The position numbers and the translations under genes are program-made. Below, one piece after another: positions 28,391 through 37,967 of a DNA stretch of 64,000 nt. Source of the stretch: Bacteroidota bacterium (GTDB lineage: Bacteria > Bacteroidota > Bacteroidia > NS11-12g > UBA955); contig JAURNR010000029.1 of the NCBI GenBank assembly GCA_030830065.1, positions 2,710-66,709 of the forward strand, given 5' to 3'. The first letter of the stretch is position 1; every line of letters begins with the position of its first letter. Below the pieces are notes generated by a model that saw only the letters and a program-made list of their open reading frames with translations, was not told the DNA's origin and ran no database searches.

Positions 28391-29704
28391 ATGTCTTATT
28401 TTGAAATTGAAGGTGGTCATCACTTAGAAGGAGAAATCACCCCACAAGGAGCCAAAAACGAAGCACTTCAGGTATTGTGCGCTGTATTATTAACGGCAGA
28501 TATCGTTACTATTAAAAACATCCCCGAGATCAGAGATGTATTGAAATTAATTGATCTACTTCGCGACCTCGGAGTTAAAATTGAACGACTATCAAAAGGA
28601 GAATATACATTCCAAAGTGATAATGTAGACTTAGCCTATTTAGATAGTCAAGATTTTAAAAAGAAGGGATCTGCCTTACGTGGCTCAATTATGATTGTAG
28701 GTCCTTTGCTCGCGAGATTTGGGAAGGGGTATATACCTAGTCCTGGTGGCGATAAAATCGGCCGTCGGAGACTGGATACGCATTTTGAAGGTTTTATTGC
28801 TTTAGGGGCAGAATTTGAGTTCCTCAAAAAGGATAGTTTCTACAAAGTACATGGAGATAAACTAAAGGGAACGTTCCACCATTTAGATGAAGCCTCTGTA
28901 ACAGGAACGGCCAATATTTTAATGTCTGCAGTTATGGCAAAAGGCATAACAACATTGTACAATGCAGCTTGTGAACCATATGTTCAACAACTGTGCAAGA
29001 TGCTTGTGCGAATGGGAGCTAAAATTGATGGTATTGGTTCAAATAAATTAATTATTGAGGGAGTAAATACAATGAATGGCTGCGAGCACACATGTTTACC
29101 CGATATGATTGAAATTGGTAGTTTTATAGGAATGGCTGCAATTACTCAAAGTAATATCACATTAAAAAATTGTGGCATCGAGCATTTGGGAATAATCCCC
29201 AAAACATTCCAGAGACTTGGTATCAATTTAGAAATACAAGGAGACAATATTCATATACCTGGACAGGAGCATTACGAAATAGATAGTTTTATTGACGGCT
29301 CAATACTAACAATTTCGGATCAAATATGGCCAGGATTCACGCCCGATCTTATTTCTATCGCACTTGTAACAGCAACTCAAGCTAGAGGAACAGTATTAAT
29401 ACATCAGAAAATGTTTGAGAGTAGGCTGTTTTTTGTAGATAATCTTATCGATATGGGCGCACAAATAATATTGTGTGATCCGCATCGTGCGACTGTAATT
29501 GGTTTAGATCGTAAAACACAATTAAGAGGAATAACCATGTCTTCACCAGATATTCGTGCAGGAGTGGCCTTATTAATTGCCGCTATGAGCGCAAGAGGAA
29601 AAAGCACTATAAGAAATATTGAACAAATTGACAGAGGTTACGAGAGAATAGAAGAACGTTTGAACCCCCTAGGAGCTCGTATTACACGATTTGAAACTAA
29701 TTGA
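28391..29704 (+). CDS. murA: UDP-N-acetylglucosamine 1-carboxyvinyltransferase
   Basis: 437-aa protein: PQGAKNEALQVLCAVLL, GGDKIGRRRLDTH ... IEQIDRGYERIEERL. This is a full-length MurA pattern. Confidence 0.92.
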   Translation: MSYFEIEGGHHLEGEITPQGAKNEALQVLCAVLLTADIVTIKNIPEIRDVLKLIDLLRDLGVKIERLSKGEYTFQSDNVDLAYLDSQDFKKKGSALRGSIMIVGPLLARFGKGYIPSPGGDKIGRRRLDTHFEGFIALGAEFEFLKKDSFYKVHGDKLKGTFHHLDEASVTGTANILMSAVMAKGITTLYNAACEPYVQQLCKMLVRMGAKIDGIGSNKLIIEGVNTMNGCEHTCLPDMIEIGSFIGMAAITQSNITLKNCGIEHLGIIPKTFQRLGINLEIQGDNIHIPGQEHYEIDSFIDGSILTISDQIWPGFTPDLISIALVTATQARGTVLIHQKMFESRLFFVDNLIDMGAQIILCDPHRATVIGLDRKTQLRGITMSSPDIRAGVALLIAAMSARGKSTIRNIEQIDRGYERIEERLNPLGARITRFETN

Positions 29705-31151
29705 TATTGGTAGTAAATCCCATGTAGAAATTCATACCAGAGTATTTCGAAACTCTAAAAGCTGATAAAATATTATCGGTCCCGAAATACAATGAATGTA
29801 TCCGAAGAAATCCACCAAGTCCAAAGTCATTGTAGTTATGAAATGAGGATATAGGAAGACTTAATTCAAACCATTTATGTTCAAATCTCGGAACTATTAC
29901 TAATGAACTATTTTCTAACCAATTATTTTCTCCTTGGAATTGAACTCTTTGTTGCCATAGCATCCCCACATATAGATTTTTAAATACTTTGTAGTCTGCT
30001 TGTAGTTGTACCGAAGATGGGAGACTGACTGTAGTTTTTTCAGTACTTTCCTTTAATGCTCCTGAATTTCGTGCATATTCTATTGTGTATTGTAATACCG
30101 CATCAGACCCTTGCGATGCTGCCGTTATAAACTCAGGTTCTAATAAAGACATTTCTACTGGGATGGTTCCATCTATTGCATAGTTTTTATTTGAATTATT
30201 ATATGTAACGTCACCAATATCTAATATTGCCAATCCTACTTTAAGATTATAATCCTTTGCATTAACCCCATTTTGTAAGTCAGTAGACATATTATGCCCA
30301 AACTCCATTGCTATGCCGGCATCAAAGCCTAATCCAAAGCCACGAATACTACCAAAATTTGGTAGACTTCCAGAAATTGCTCCTTTAAAAATCTGATTTA
30401 AAAGATTATTATCTGTATAACTCATATTCATAGTCCCAGATTCTAATCGAATTGAGTTAGCGCCATCTACAGAAAAGTTAACTCCGGTATTTTTTAAATT
30501 AAAACTTCCTAAACCCAGAATGCCTTTTAATGCGCCGCCAATTGACAAACGATAGGCTTTAGTATTTACTACACGATACGAAAGCACCGCTGATATTTCT
30601 TGATATGAATTTGCACTAATGTCTAATTTATTTGCAGCAAACTCAGCGATATCCAAGGGTGCAGTTGTATCTAGCAACTTTGTTACCCAAGAAGCCATTT
30701 CAGGAGACATTTTATTTATGGTAAAATTGGATCTCGTACGAGTGGCCGTGGCCCAAACGAGCCTACCATAAGTGTTTGCATATGATGGGCCCCTATATTC
30801 TAAATTCATTGCACCTGAAATTTCATTTACTGAGTTATCAGAATTTAACCAATTTTTATCCCAAGCGATGTCTCCATTAGCATCACGATACTCATCGCCT
30901 ACAGAACCAGTTGCTAAACTCCACAATGAAAATGGTGCCTCCAAGGAGAGGTAGTTATTATTCATATCAAAACCAACAGCGGAAATATTTGCAGATCTCC
31001 TTGACGGCATTAATCCTGCAAGCGCTGGGTTTGTATAAATCGAATTCACACCACTAAAATTTGACCCTTGTAAGCCAAAAAACATTTGTGAAAATACATT
31101 TTGAACGAATAAAGTTGAAAAAGCAAATAAGCTTAACTTCAGTTTTGTCAT
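29697..31151 (-). CDS. putative outer-membrane protein with weak PorP/SprF-like N-terminal motif, unknown function
   Basis: From Met20 (MTKLKLSLFAFSTLFVQNVFSQ, signal peptide). The terminator of the upstream gene lies inside the longer track ORF (to 31208), so the extension is rejected. NSIYTNPALAG recalls the NPAYAG motif of PorP/SprF proteins. The sequence alternates G/S/N/Y in a beta-rich pattern. Confidence 0.5.
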   Translation of the reverse strand: MTKLKLSLFAFSTLFVQNVFSQMFFGLQGSNFSGVNSIYTNPALAGLMPSRRSANISAVGFDMNNNYLSLEAPFSLWSLATGSVGDEYRDANGDIAWDKNWLNSDNSVNEISGAMNLEYRGPSYANTYGRLVWATATRTRSNFTINKMSPEMASWVTKLLDTTAPLDIAEFAANKLDISANSYQEISAVLSYRVVNTKAYRLSIGGALKGILGLGSFNLKNTGVNFSVDGANSIRLESGTMNMSYTDNNLLNQIFKGAISGSLPNFGSIRGFGLGFDAGIAMEFGHNMSTDLQNGVNAKDYNLKVGLAILDIGDVTYNNSNKNYAIDGTIPVEMSLLEPEFITAASQGSDAVLQYTIEYARNSGALKESTEKTTVSLPSSVQLQADYKVFKNLYVGMLWQQRVQFQGENNWLENSSLVIVPRFEHKWFELSLPISSFHNYNDFGLGGFLRIHSLYFGTDNILSAFRVSKYSGMNFYMGFTTNIN

Positions 31152-31164
31152 TTTACGAAAATAA

Positions 31165-31193
31165 AAAAAGGCGCTGATAATCAGCGCCTTTTC
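31165..31193 (-). terminator. intrinsic terminator after the T9SS cargo gene
   Basis: Perfect hairpin AAAGGCGCTGA-taa-TCAGCGCCTTT. On the minus strand it is followed by a T7 run. It lies ~20 nt after the stop at 31212. Confidence 0.8.
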
Positions 31194-31211
31194 GGTATTG
31201 TTATTCAATTA

Positions 31212-32558
31212 TTATTGTACAATAAACTTCGAGGACTGAGTTCCAAAGTTTGAAATTACGGAAACAGTATAAATACCTGCAGTGAAGTTTTCTGTTGAAA
31301 TAAGCATTTCGTTAATTCCTTTGTTATAAGCTCCCTCATTGATAGTTGACACTACCTTACCATTTATGTCACGAACTATTGCGTGAACATTAGAGCTCTT
31401 CTCTAGATTGAAAAGCACCCCTACTTCAGAGGCCGTACTTGCTGGATTCGGAACAACCTTCAACTGAGAAATTCCATTATTGAATTTACTCACTGACATA
31501 TTATCTGTGGTAATTGCAAAATCACAATCTAACATTGTAGTTGTAGTGTAAGCTGTAGTCGGTAGATAAGATTTCCAACCATTAATTGTTTGTCCATCTG
31601 CAATGCTAGAAATTGTCCAGAATGTATTGTTTAATCTCCATAATGTTAAAATGTCTTGCGCATGGTTTTCCCAATAAGAAACACGTACACCATAACCGTT
31701 TAACTTTGGAGTAAAGCTTGCAGGATCATTCCAGTTGATGAATGTATCACCCAGGTTTGGCTTAATCATTGGTTTGAATGTAATAGCAAATCCAGTTACG
31801 TTGGCTGAGACATCAGCACCTGAAGTTGATAGTGAGTTAAAATTTTCTGGAACCATTTTAACCAAACGACCGAACAATTGACCCTCTTCAAAATTAACAG
31901 AGTCTGCCCATTCAGTTGTTAACAAAATAGTGTCTGTTGCTACAGCTGCAGTATTTAAACGGGTGGACGGTACATATTTGTCTACATCTGGGCTCATATT
32001 ACGATTTGAACCATTACGAGTAAAAGCACGCATAGTCATACCATTAAAATCAAAATATTGAACAAAAACAGTATCGACTACCTCTTCATTACCATTTCCT
32101 AAATCCACAGAATCTGTGTTTCTTACATAAAATTGTAAGAAGTAAATAGTATCAATTTTATATGGATTGTATCGAGTTAAAACGGGTTTACCAATAGCAA
32201 AATATGAACTATCTTTTGGATCAAAAGAGGATCCCAAAACGTGAACAAAATTATGTGAAGGAGATGGCTCATTTGTAGTTTGATCTGTGTAGATAGTTAC
32301 CGCATTAGAATCCTCAGAAATCCAACGTACATAGGATGAAGGGTTTCCTAACATCCAATTTTCACCATAAGCAGAAACAAAGCTGTAAACATCCGACATG
32401 CTTTCTGCACGTGTAACTACTTTTTTACCTGTCGCTTTATCCACGCTAATAATACCGGGGTTCATATCTTCGGCATAAATTCGCGGACCTTGAAGTGCTT
32501 GAGCACTTAGAACTGCACAACTTAATGCAGCGAATCCTGTTAAGAGTAATCTTTTCAT
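31212..32558 (-). CDS. secreted protein of unknown function with T9SS C-terminal sorting domain
   Basis: Signal peptide MKRLLLTGFAALSCAVLSAQA. The C-terminal KVVPNPASTASEVGVLFNLEKSSNVHAIVRDINGKVV...GIYTVSVISNFGTQSSKFIVQ looks like a T9SS CTD. Confidence 0.7.
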   Translation of the reverse strand: MKRLLLTGFAALSCAVLSAQALQGPRIYAEDMNPGIISVDKATGKKVVTRAESMSDVYSFVSAYGENWMLGNPSSYVRWISEDSNAVTIYTDQTTNEPSPSHNFVHVLGSSFDPKDSSYFAIGKPVLTRYNPYKIDTIYFLQFYVRNTDSVDLGNGNEEVVDTVFVQYFDFNGMTMRAFTRNGSNRNMSPDVDKYVPSTRLNTAAVATDTILLTTEWADSVNFEEGQLFGRLVKMVPENFNSLSTSGADVSANVTGFAITFKPMIKPNLGDTFINWNDPASFTPKLNGYGVRVSYWENHAQDILTLWRLNNTFWTISSIADGQTINGWKSYLPTTAYTTTTMLDCDFAITTDNMSVSKFNNGISQLKVVPNPASTASEVGVLFNLEKSSNVHAIVRDINGKVVSTINEGAYNKGINEMLISTENFTAGIYTVSVISNFGTQSSKFIVQ

Positions 32559-32680
32559 TTCGATAGTATAAGAAATTAATTTACTTCAAATATAATGGTT
32601 AAGACTCGATTTTCACCAAAATCAGTAGTTCTAACCATTACTTTAGATGCTATTTTTTTTGTAATAATTACAAAAGACGA

Positions 32681-33385
32681 TTAAATATCCCCTTGAATAG
32701 GTCGGATTAAAATTTCCTCAATATTTGAGAATTCATTTATTTCATAGGCATTATAGATTGACTTGGCCACATCTGATGCTCTCATAAATCTTGATTCAGG
32801 AATTCCCGCTTCAGACCATGAATCAGTATAAGTAGCACCTGGAAGTATAGCACTAACCCTTATTCCATCAACCTTACCTTCTTCTCTAAGTGATTTTGAG
32901 AAACCCATTAATGCATACTTCGAAACTGAATATCCTCCACCTGCAGCATAAGCAGTAATACTAGCAATACTGCACATATTAAATATGTGTGATCTATCAT
33001 TTTTTGGAAAATAGTTCCATAACCCTCTAGTAATATGGTATGCCGAAAAGAAATTTAAATCCATTTGGTATTTCATTTGCCCTTCAGGTTCATCTATCAA
33101 TCTTCCTGGCTGAAATGTACCTGCATTATTGACGAGAACATTTACATTTGAGGTTTTGGATTTCACAAAATCTACAAAATCTAAACAATCTTTTTTAATA
33201 GATAGATCCGCTTTAAAAAAATCTACTGAGATTTTTTTTTCTGATGTTAAGGATTGTGCAAGCTTTTCAAGTGATTTTTGATTTCTTCCACAAATAATAA
33301 GGTTAAAGCCGTGGCTTGCAAATTCATGGGCAACGGCTTTACCAATACCTCGACTTCCTCCTGTTATAATTGCTATTTTATTCAT
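32681..33385 (-). CDS. SDR family oxidoreductase
   Basis: TGGSRGIGKA (TGxxxGxG), NNAG and YSVSK (YxxxK) are present. Confidence 0.85.
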   Translation of the reverse strand: MNKIAIITGGSRGIGKAVAHEFASHGFNLIICGRNQKSLEKLAQSLTSEKKISVDFFKADLSIKKDCLDFVDFVKSKTSNVNVLVNNAGTFQPGRLIDEPEGQMKYQMDLNFFSAYHITRGLWNYFPKNDRSHIFNMCSIASITAYAAGGGYSVSKYALMGFSKSLREEGKVDGIRVSAILPGATYTDSWSEAGIPESRFMRASDVAKSIYNAYEINEFSNIEEILIRPIQGDI

Positions 33386-33415
33386 AACTATATTTTTAGA
33401 GGAAGTTGCTAAAAT

Positions 33416-33721
33416 TTAGTCTTCCTCGTCGCTGTCATCTACATCCTCGGACATAGAATCAGAGCTTGAATCTTCTGTTGCATTCGATCTGATTAAATCA
33501 TCCAAATCTTCATCTGACAAAATCTCCTTTGCTCGAGCGCTCAATTTAACTAAATAAATTCGATCTTCGGTTTCCATTCGAACGGCGGTAATAATTTCGC
33601 CCTTAGCGTTAGGAAATCGAATCGTTTGGCCTACAATCCCTTGAGGGAATGTTTCACTGAAAAGCTCCATCAACTCTGGAGAGAGCTTTTGATAATCTAT
33701 TACGACTTTCGGCTTGTCCAT
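33416..33721 (-). CDS. small conserved hypothetical protein with poly-acidic/serine C-terminal tail
   Basis: 101-aa ORF: a ~75-aa globular part followed by EDSSSDSMSEDVDDSDEED. It lies downstream of rho. Confidence 0.5.
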   Translation of the reverse strand: MDKPKVVIDYQKLSPELMELFSETFPQGIVGQTIRFPNAKGEIITAVRMETEDRIYLVKLSARAKEILSDEDLDDLIRSNATEDSSSDSMSEDVDDSDEED

Positions 33722-33827
33722 GACCGTTTATAAATTGTCGTAAAATTAATTCCATTACAGCAAATGAAATCACAACAATTATTCACAAAATAATCAACAC
33801 TTTTTTAGTGTTTAATTTTCTTGAATT

Positions 33828-35483
33828 CTATCCATTCATGGATACTAAGAACTCAAGATTATCTTGGGTATTGTGCATGTATTTCAGGAAAGTATTCATT
33901 GCTTCTTCTGGGTTCATATCAGCCAAGTAATTCCTTAATACCCACATTCTCTGTAAAGTGCTCTTATCAATTAACAAATCTTCACGTCGAGTACTTGAAG
34001 ACATAATATCAATTGCGGGATAAATTCTCTTATTAGACAAACGTCTATCAAGTTGGAGTTCCATGTTTCCCGTTCCCTTAAACTCTTCAAAAATCACCTC
34101 ATCCATTTTTGACCCAGTTTCTGTAAGAGCTGTGGCGATTATAGTTAGAGAGCCGCCATTCTCAATATTTCGGGCCGCACCAAAAAATCTTTTAGGTTTA
34201 TGTAATGCGTTAGCGTCAACACCTCCGGATAATATCTTTCCTGATGCCGGTTGCGCCGTATTGAATGCTCGTGCTAATCTCGTTATTGAGTCTAATAAAA
34301 TTACCACATCATGACCAGATTCAACCAAACGCTTAGCTTTTTCAAGAACAATATTTGTTAACTTCACATGTTTATCAGCGGGCTCATCAAATGTGCTAGC
34401 AACTACCTCTGCTCTCACACTTCTAGCCATGTCTGTTACCTCTTCAGGACGCTCATCTATCAGCAAAATCATCATATATACCTCTGGGTGATTTTTTGCA
34501 ATAGCATTTGCAATACCTTTCAGTATCCATGTTTTACCTGTTTTTGGTTGAGCAACAATTAACCCTCTTTGACCTTTACCAATGGGTGATACTAAATCAA
34601 TTATTCTATTTGAGTAAGATTTTGGATCATCGCATAAATTTAATTTTTCCTCTGGAAATAATGGTGTTAAATGTTCAAATGCAACACGATCACGAACTTC
34701 CTCAACGCTTTTACCATTAACGGAATCTATGGTAACTAAGCAGAAATATTTTTCATTGTCCTTTGGAGGGCGAATACTTCCTTTTATTGTGTCACCAACT
34801 TTAAGACCATTTTGCTTAATCATGTAACTAGGAACATAAACATCATCAGGCGAGGCCATATAATTATAGTCTGGAGAACGAAGAAAACCATAGCCATCTG
34901 ATACTGTTTCTAATACTCCCTGCGTTGTAACTACTCCTTCCATCTCCATAATAGTATTAAGCAGTTCTTTGCGTTTTTTATCTTCTTGATATTCTTCTTT
35001 TTCTACTTTTTGTTCACTATCGGACTTAGCATCAGAATCATTGGAATCATTATCTTGACGCCTATTCTTACTAATAATTCTACGCTTTGGCTTTTCCTGA
35101 GAATCTGATTGTGCAACCTGGTTATTATTAGATTCAGTGGCTTCATTAAAATCCTTTCTGATTCTATCAGGCACCGAATTCTCGAAATTTTCTGTATCTA
35201 ACGAATTAGATTCTTCTTCAGTATTGCTTGGATTATTTTCATTTTCATTGGACACAGCTTTAACCACCCTTTTACGCTTTCTTTTTTCCTTGGGTGTTTC
35301 TGCGGAAGTCGATAGATTTGATACAGCAGATGATTCGTTATTTGAATCTGCGTTAGCAATATTGGTTATTGCTTCAATAAGTTCATTCTTTTTTTTCTGT
35401 GAGGCATTTTCTACACCTAAAGTTTCTGCGAGAGTGCGCAATTCGGCAACACTCTTCTTCCTAAAGTCGGGAGATTCCGTCAT
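33828..35483 (-). CDS. rho: transcription termination factor Rho with large low-complexity N-terminal insertion
   Basis: Rho_N helix bundle ([29 protein letters not shown]), a ~130-aa N/S/E/K/D-rich insert, then the CSD-like RNA-binding domain. The ATPase core contains [16 protein letters not shown] and [13 protein letters not shown]. Confidence 0.92.
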   Translation of the reverse strand: MTESPDFRKKSVAELRTLAETLGVENASQKKKNELIEAITNIANADSNNESSAVSNLSTSAETPKEKRKRKRVVKAVSNENENNPSNTEEESNSLDTENFENSVPDRIRKDFNEATESNNNQVAQSDSQEKPKRRIISKNRRQDNDSNDSDAKSDSEQKVEKEEYQEDKKRKELLNTIMEMEGVVTTQGVLETVSDGYGFLRSPDYNYMASPDDVYVPSYMIKQNGLKVGDTIKGSIRPPKDNEKYFCLVTIDSVNGKSVEEVRDRVAFEHLTPLFPEEKLNLCDDPKSYSNRIIDLVSPIGKGQRGLIVAQPKTGKTWILKGIANAIAKNHPEVYMMILLIDERPEEVTDMARSVRAEVVASTFDEPADKHVKLTNIVLEKAKRLVESGHDVVILLDSITRLARAFNTAQPASGKILSGGVDANALHKPKRFFGAARNIENGGSLTIIATALTETGSKMDEVIFEEFKGTGNMELQLDRRLSNKRIYPAIDIMSSSTRREDLLIDKSTLQRMWVLRNYLADMNPEEAMNTFLKYMHNTQDNLEFLVSMNG

Positions 35484-35614
35484 AATAACTACACTAATCT
35501 AAATAAGGAATTTTCAATAAATTTTTTTTGAGATGTCAAGAAGTGAGAAACTCTCTTCTAACTGTGTGCAATAATAAACCAAAAAACTAAATTCCAAAAA
35601 AAAGTAGAGAATTT

Positions 35615-36316
35615 TTAATCGTACTGCTCGAAAAAATATTGTCTGCGATTAAATCCTAGTGCTTTTAATTCATTTCTTGCTTCTTTACACATTTCTTTCC
35701 ATCCGCATACATAAATGCGGGCATCTCCCAGTGATTTCAGTATACTTTTATACTGAGAATGCACATAACCTGTCGATATGCTTGGTAGCGACTGACGGCT
35801 TAAAACAGGAATAAATTTAAATCTATTTGAATTTACTACAATTTCTTCGAAATACTTGCGATACAAAATATCACTTTCAACCCTGTTGCCATAAACCAAA
35901 TAGATTTCATTATTCGACTTTTTAAGAACCTCGTGTATCATACTCAAAAATGGAGCGATGCCCGTTCCCGTAGCGACAAAAACATGAGGAAGACTTAAAC
36001 TTATGTCATCACTTTTTATTGTAAAATTACCTTGGGGTTGGCTACATCCAAGGGTATCTCCAACTTGTAAATTAAATAACCAAGGTGTAAAAACTCCATT
36101 TTCGTTAAGCGCAATACATAATTCTAGTTCTGTAGAGCTTTGCATAACAGAAGCGATTGAATAACTTCTATTTCTATTTGGATACTCCCATTTCTCATTT
36201 TCTAGCACAACAAATTGACCAGGTAAAAATGCATCAAAGGAAGAAGAAACTGGCTCTAAAAAAAAGCGCTTTACTCTGGGGCTCTCTTCTATAATTTGAT
36301 GAATTCTAACTTTCAC
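35615..36316 (-). CDS. ferredoxin-NADP reductase-like FAD/NAD(P)-binding oxidoreductase
   Basis: RSYSIAS (RxYS FAD motif) and GTGIAPF (NAD(P) motif) are present, in a two-domain 233-aa layout. Confidence 0.75.
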   Translation of the reverse strand: MKVRIHQIIEESPRVKRFFLEPVSSSFDAFLPGQFVVLENEKWEYPNRNRSYSIASVMQSSTELELCIALNENGVFTPWLFNLQVGDTLGCSQPQGNFTIKSDDISLSLPHVFVATGTGIAPFLSMIHEVLKKSNNEIYLVYGNRVESDILYRKYFEEIVVNSNRFKFIPVLSRQSLPSISTGYVHSQYKSILKSLGDARIYVCGWKEMCKEARNELKALGFNRRQYFFEQYD

Positions 36317-36366
36317 TTCTACAAAGAAACATTAAAAATAAAAATTGGTTTCGTATTTTCGTCCGA

Positions 36367-36720
36367 ATGCAGTGGACAACCTATTTATGGATGGCTTTAG
36401 GAGGTGGCCTAGGCACACTACTCAGAGGGGTAACAAATAAATGGCTCCCATTTGAAACGTCATCATTTGCTTGGGGCACCTTTTCAGTTAATATGATTGG
36501 TTGTTTTTTGATTGGTTTTTTATGGGGGAAAATTGAATCAGTAACATTGAAATATTTCTTAGTGACAGGAGTTTTAGGTGGACTCACTACATTCTCCGGA
36601 ATGGGATTAGAGTTATTCCGTTATTTCAACGATAAAGCCTTTGGTTTAATGGCCATTTATGGATTTTTATCCCTGGCGATTGGTATATTTATGGTATGGT
36701 TAGGGCAAAAGTTGGTTTAA
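36367..36720 (+). CDS. crcB: fluoride efflux transporter CrcB
   Basis: 117 aa with 4 TM helices and the GGLGTLLRG and GVLGGLTTFSG motifs. Confidence 0.85.
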   Translation: MQWTTYLWMALGGGLGTLLRGVTNKWLPFETSSFAWGTFSVNMIGCFLIGFLWGKIESVTLKYFLVTGVLGGLTTFSGMGLELFRYFNDKAFGLMAIYGFLSLAIGIFMVWLGQKLV

Positions 36721-37967
36721 TATTTATCTTTCTTTTGGGATGTTCTCAAATCCTATTTGGTAGTAAAATTCTAATACCGATGGATGAATCCCAAAAAAAT
36801 CATCTAAAAGCCTATGGCATTGCTTATTGGCTATTGGAGAAACAAAATACTGAAGTATTGTGGCTTTTGAATTATCGGGGAGGAAGCTTTTCAACGGAAT
36901 ACAGTTCATCAATTGAAACAGAATGTAAAACTAGAGGGGTTTCTTTTGAAGTTATTTCAGAATCGGAATCAAATTCCATTGAAACTACAATTTCTAACCC
37001 ATCGGTAAATATGAATATGGTGAAACTTTTAACTGCTCCAAAAATTGCAGTTTATTCACCGAAAACCAAACAACCATGGGACGATGCAGTAACACTAGTT
37101 TTAACATACGCAGAGATACCATATACAGTTATTTACGACGACGAAGTATTGAATAACAAACTGCCTGAATATGACTGGCTTCACTTACATCACGAAGACT
37201 TCACTGGTCAATACGGTAAATTTTGGGCTTCATACGCAAATGCTCCGTGGTATAAATCTCAAGTTGAAGAAACAGAGTCAATGGCAAGGAAGCACGGTTT
37301 CAGCAGTGCTCGGGAGTTAAAACGTGAAGTAGTAAGAAAGATTCGTGACTTTTGTCTGGGTGGTGGATTTTTATTTGCGATGTGCAGTGCCACAGATACC
37401 TATGACATTGCACTTGCCGCACAAGAAACAGATATCTGTGAGGTGATGTTTGATGGTGATCCTGCTGCTCCCAATGCCCAAAGCCAGCTCAACTATGAAT
37501 CTTGTTTTGCATTTAAAAACTTCACATTAGAGAATAACCCCTATGTTTATGAATATTCCGATATTGATGTAAATCCTGTATTACGGAATGTAAAAGAAGA
37601 AAATGATTTATTTACACTATTTGATTATTCCGCAAAGTGGGATTTGATACCAAGTATTTTATGTCAAAATCATACCCGAACAATTCGTGGATTCATGGGT
37701 CAAACAACGGCTTTTCACAAAGACTTAGTTAAAAGTGATGTTTTAGTGATGGGTGAAAATGCGTTACTCGAAGAAGCAAGGTATATCCATGGGTCTATGG
37801 GAAAAGGAACTTGGACTTTTTACGGAGGCCATGATCCTGAAGATTATCAGCATCATGTAGGAGAACCACCCACAGATTTAAACTTACATCCCAACAGCCC
37901 TGGCTACCGTCTAATTTTAAACAATATACTATTTCCGTCTGCTCAAAAATCAAAACAGAAAACTTGA
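36696..37967 (+). CDS. conserved secreted protein of unknown function (family I recall being annotated as asparagine synthetase B in Bacteroidota, probably wrongly)
   Basis: Signal peptide, then KILIPMDESQKNHLKAYGIAYWLLEKQNTEVLWLLNYRGGSF, PWDDAVTLVLTYAEIPY and YDWLHLHHEDFTGQYGKFW. It overlaps the crcB 3' end by 25 nt and the next gene by 4 nt. Confidence 0.45.
   Translation: MVRAKVGLIFIFLLGCSQILFGSKILIPMDESQKNHLKAYGIAYWLLEKQNTEVLWLLNYRGGSFSTEYSSSIETECKTRGVSFEVISESESNSIETTISNPSVNMNMVKLLTAPKIAVYSPKTKQPWDDAVTLVLTYAEIPYTVIYDDEVLNNKLPEYDWLHLHHEDFTGQYGKFWASYANAPWYKSQVEETESMARKHGFSSARELKREVVRKIRDFCLGGGFLFAMCSATDTYDIALAAQETDICEVMFDGDPAAPNAQSQLNYESCFAFKNFTLENNPYVYEYSDIDVNPVLRNVKEENDLFTLFDYSAKWDLIPSILCQNHTRTIRGFMGQTTAFHKDLVKSDVLVMGENALLEEARYIHGSMGKGTWTFYGGHDPEDYQHHVGEPPTDLNLHPNSPGYRLILNNILFPSAQKSKQKT

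Noticed and set aside
32657-32675. 19-nt palindrome TTTTGTAATAATTACAAAA after the SDR stop
   Set aside because: It is AT-only with an effectively tiny loop and has no U-run in the direction of the terminating gene. It cannot be distinguished from chance low-complexity sequence.
35137-35502. 121-aa plus-strand ORF antisense to the rho insertion region
   Set aside because: It is antisense to a confidently identified gene. The open frame is a by-product of the low-complexity, stop-poor coding sequence on the other strand.
36317-36366. Possible fluoride riboswitch upstream of crcB
   Set aside because: Only 50 AT-rich nt separate crcB from the divergent oxidoreductase gene. I could not find the conserved fluoride-riboswitch core (GGxGATGG ... 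CTGATGATGCCTAC-like) in them.
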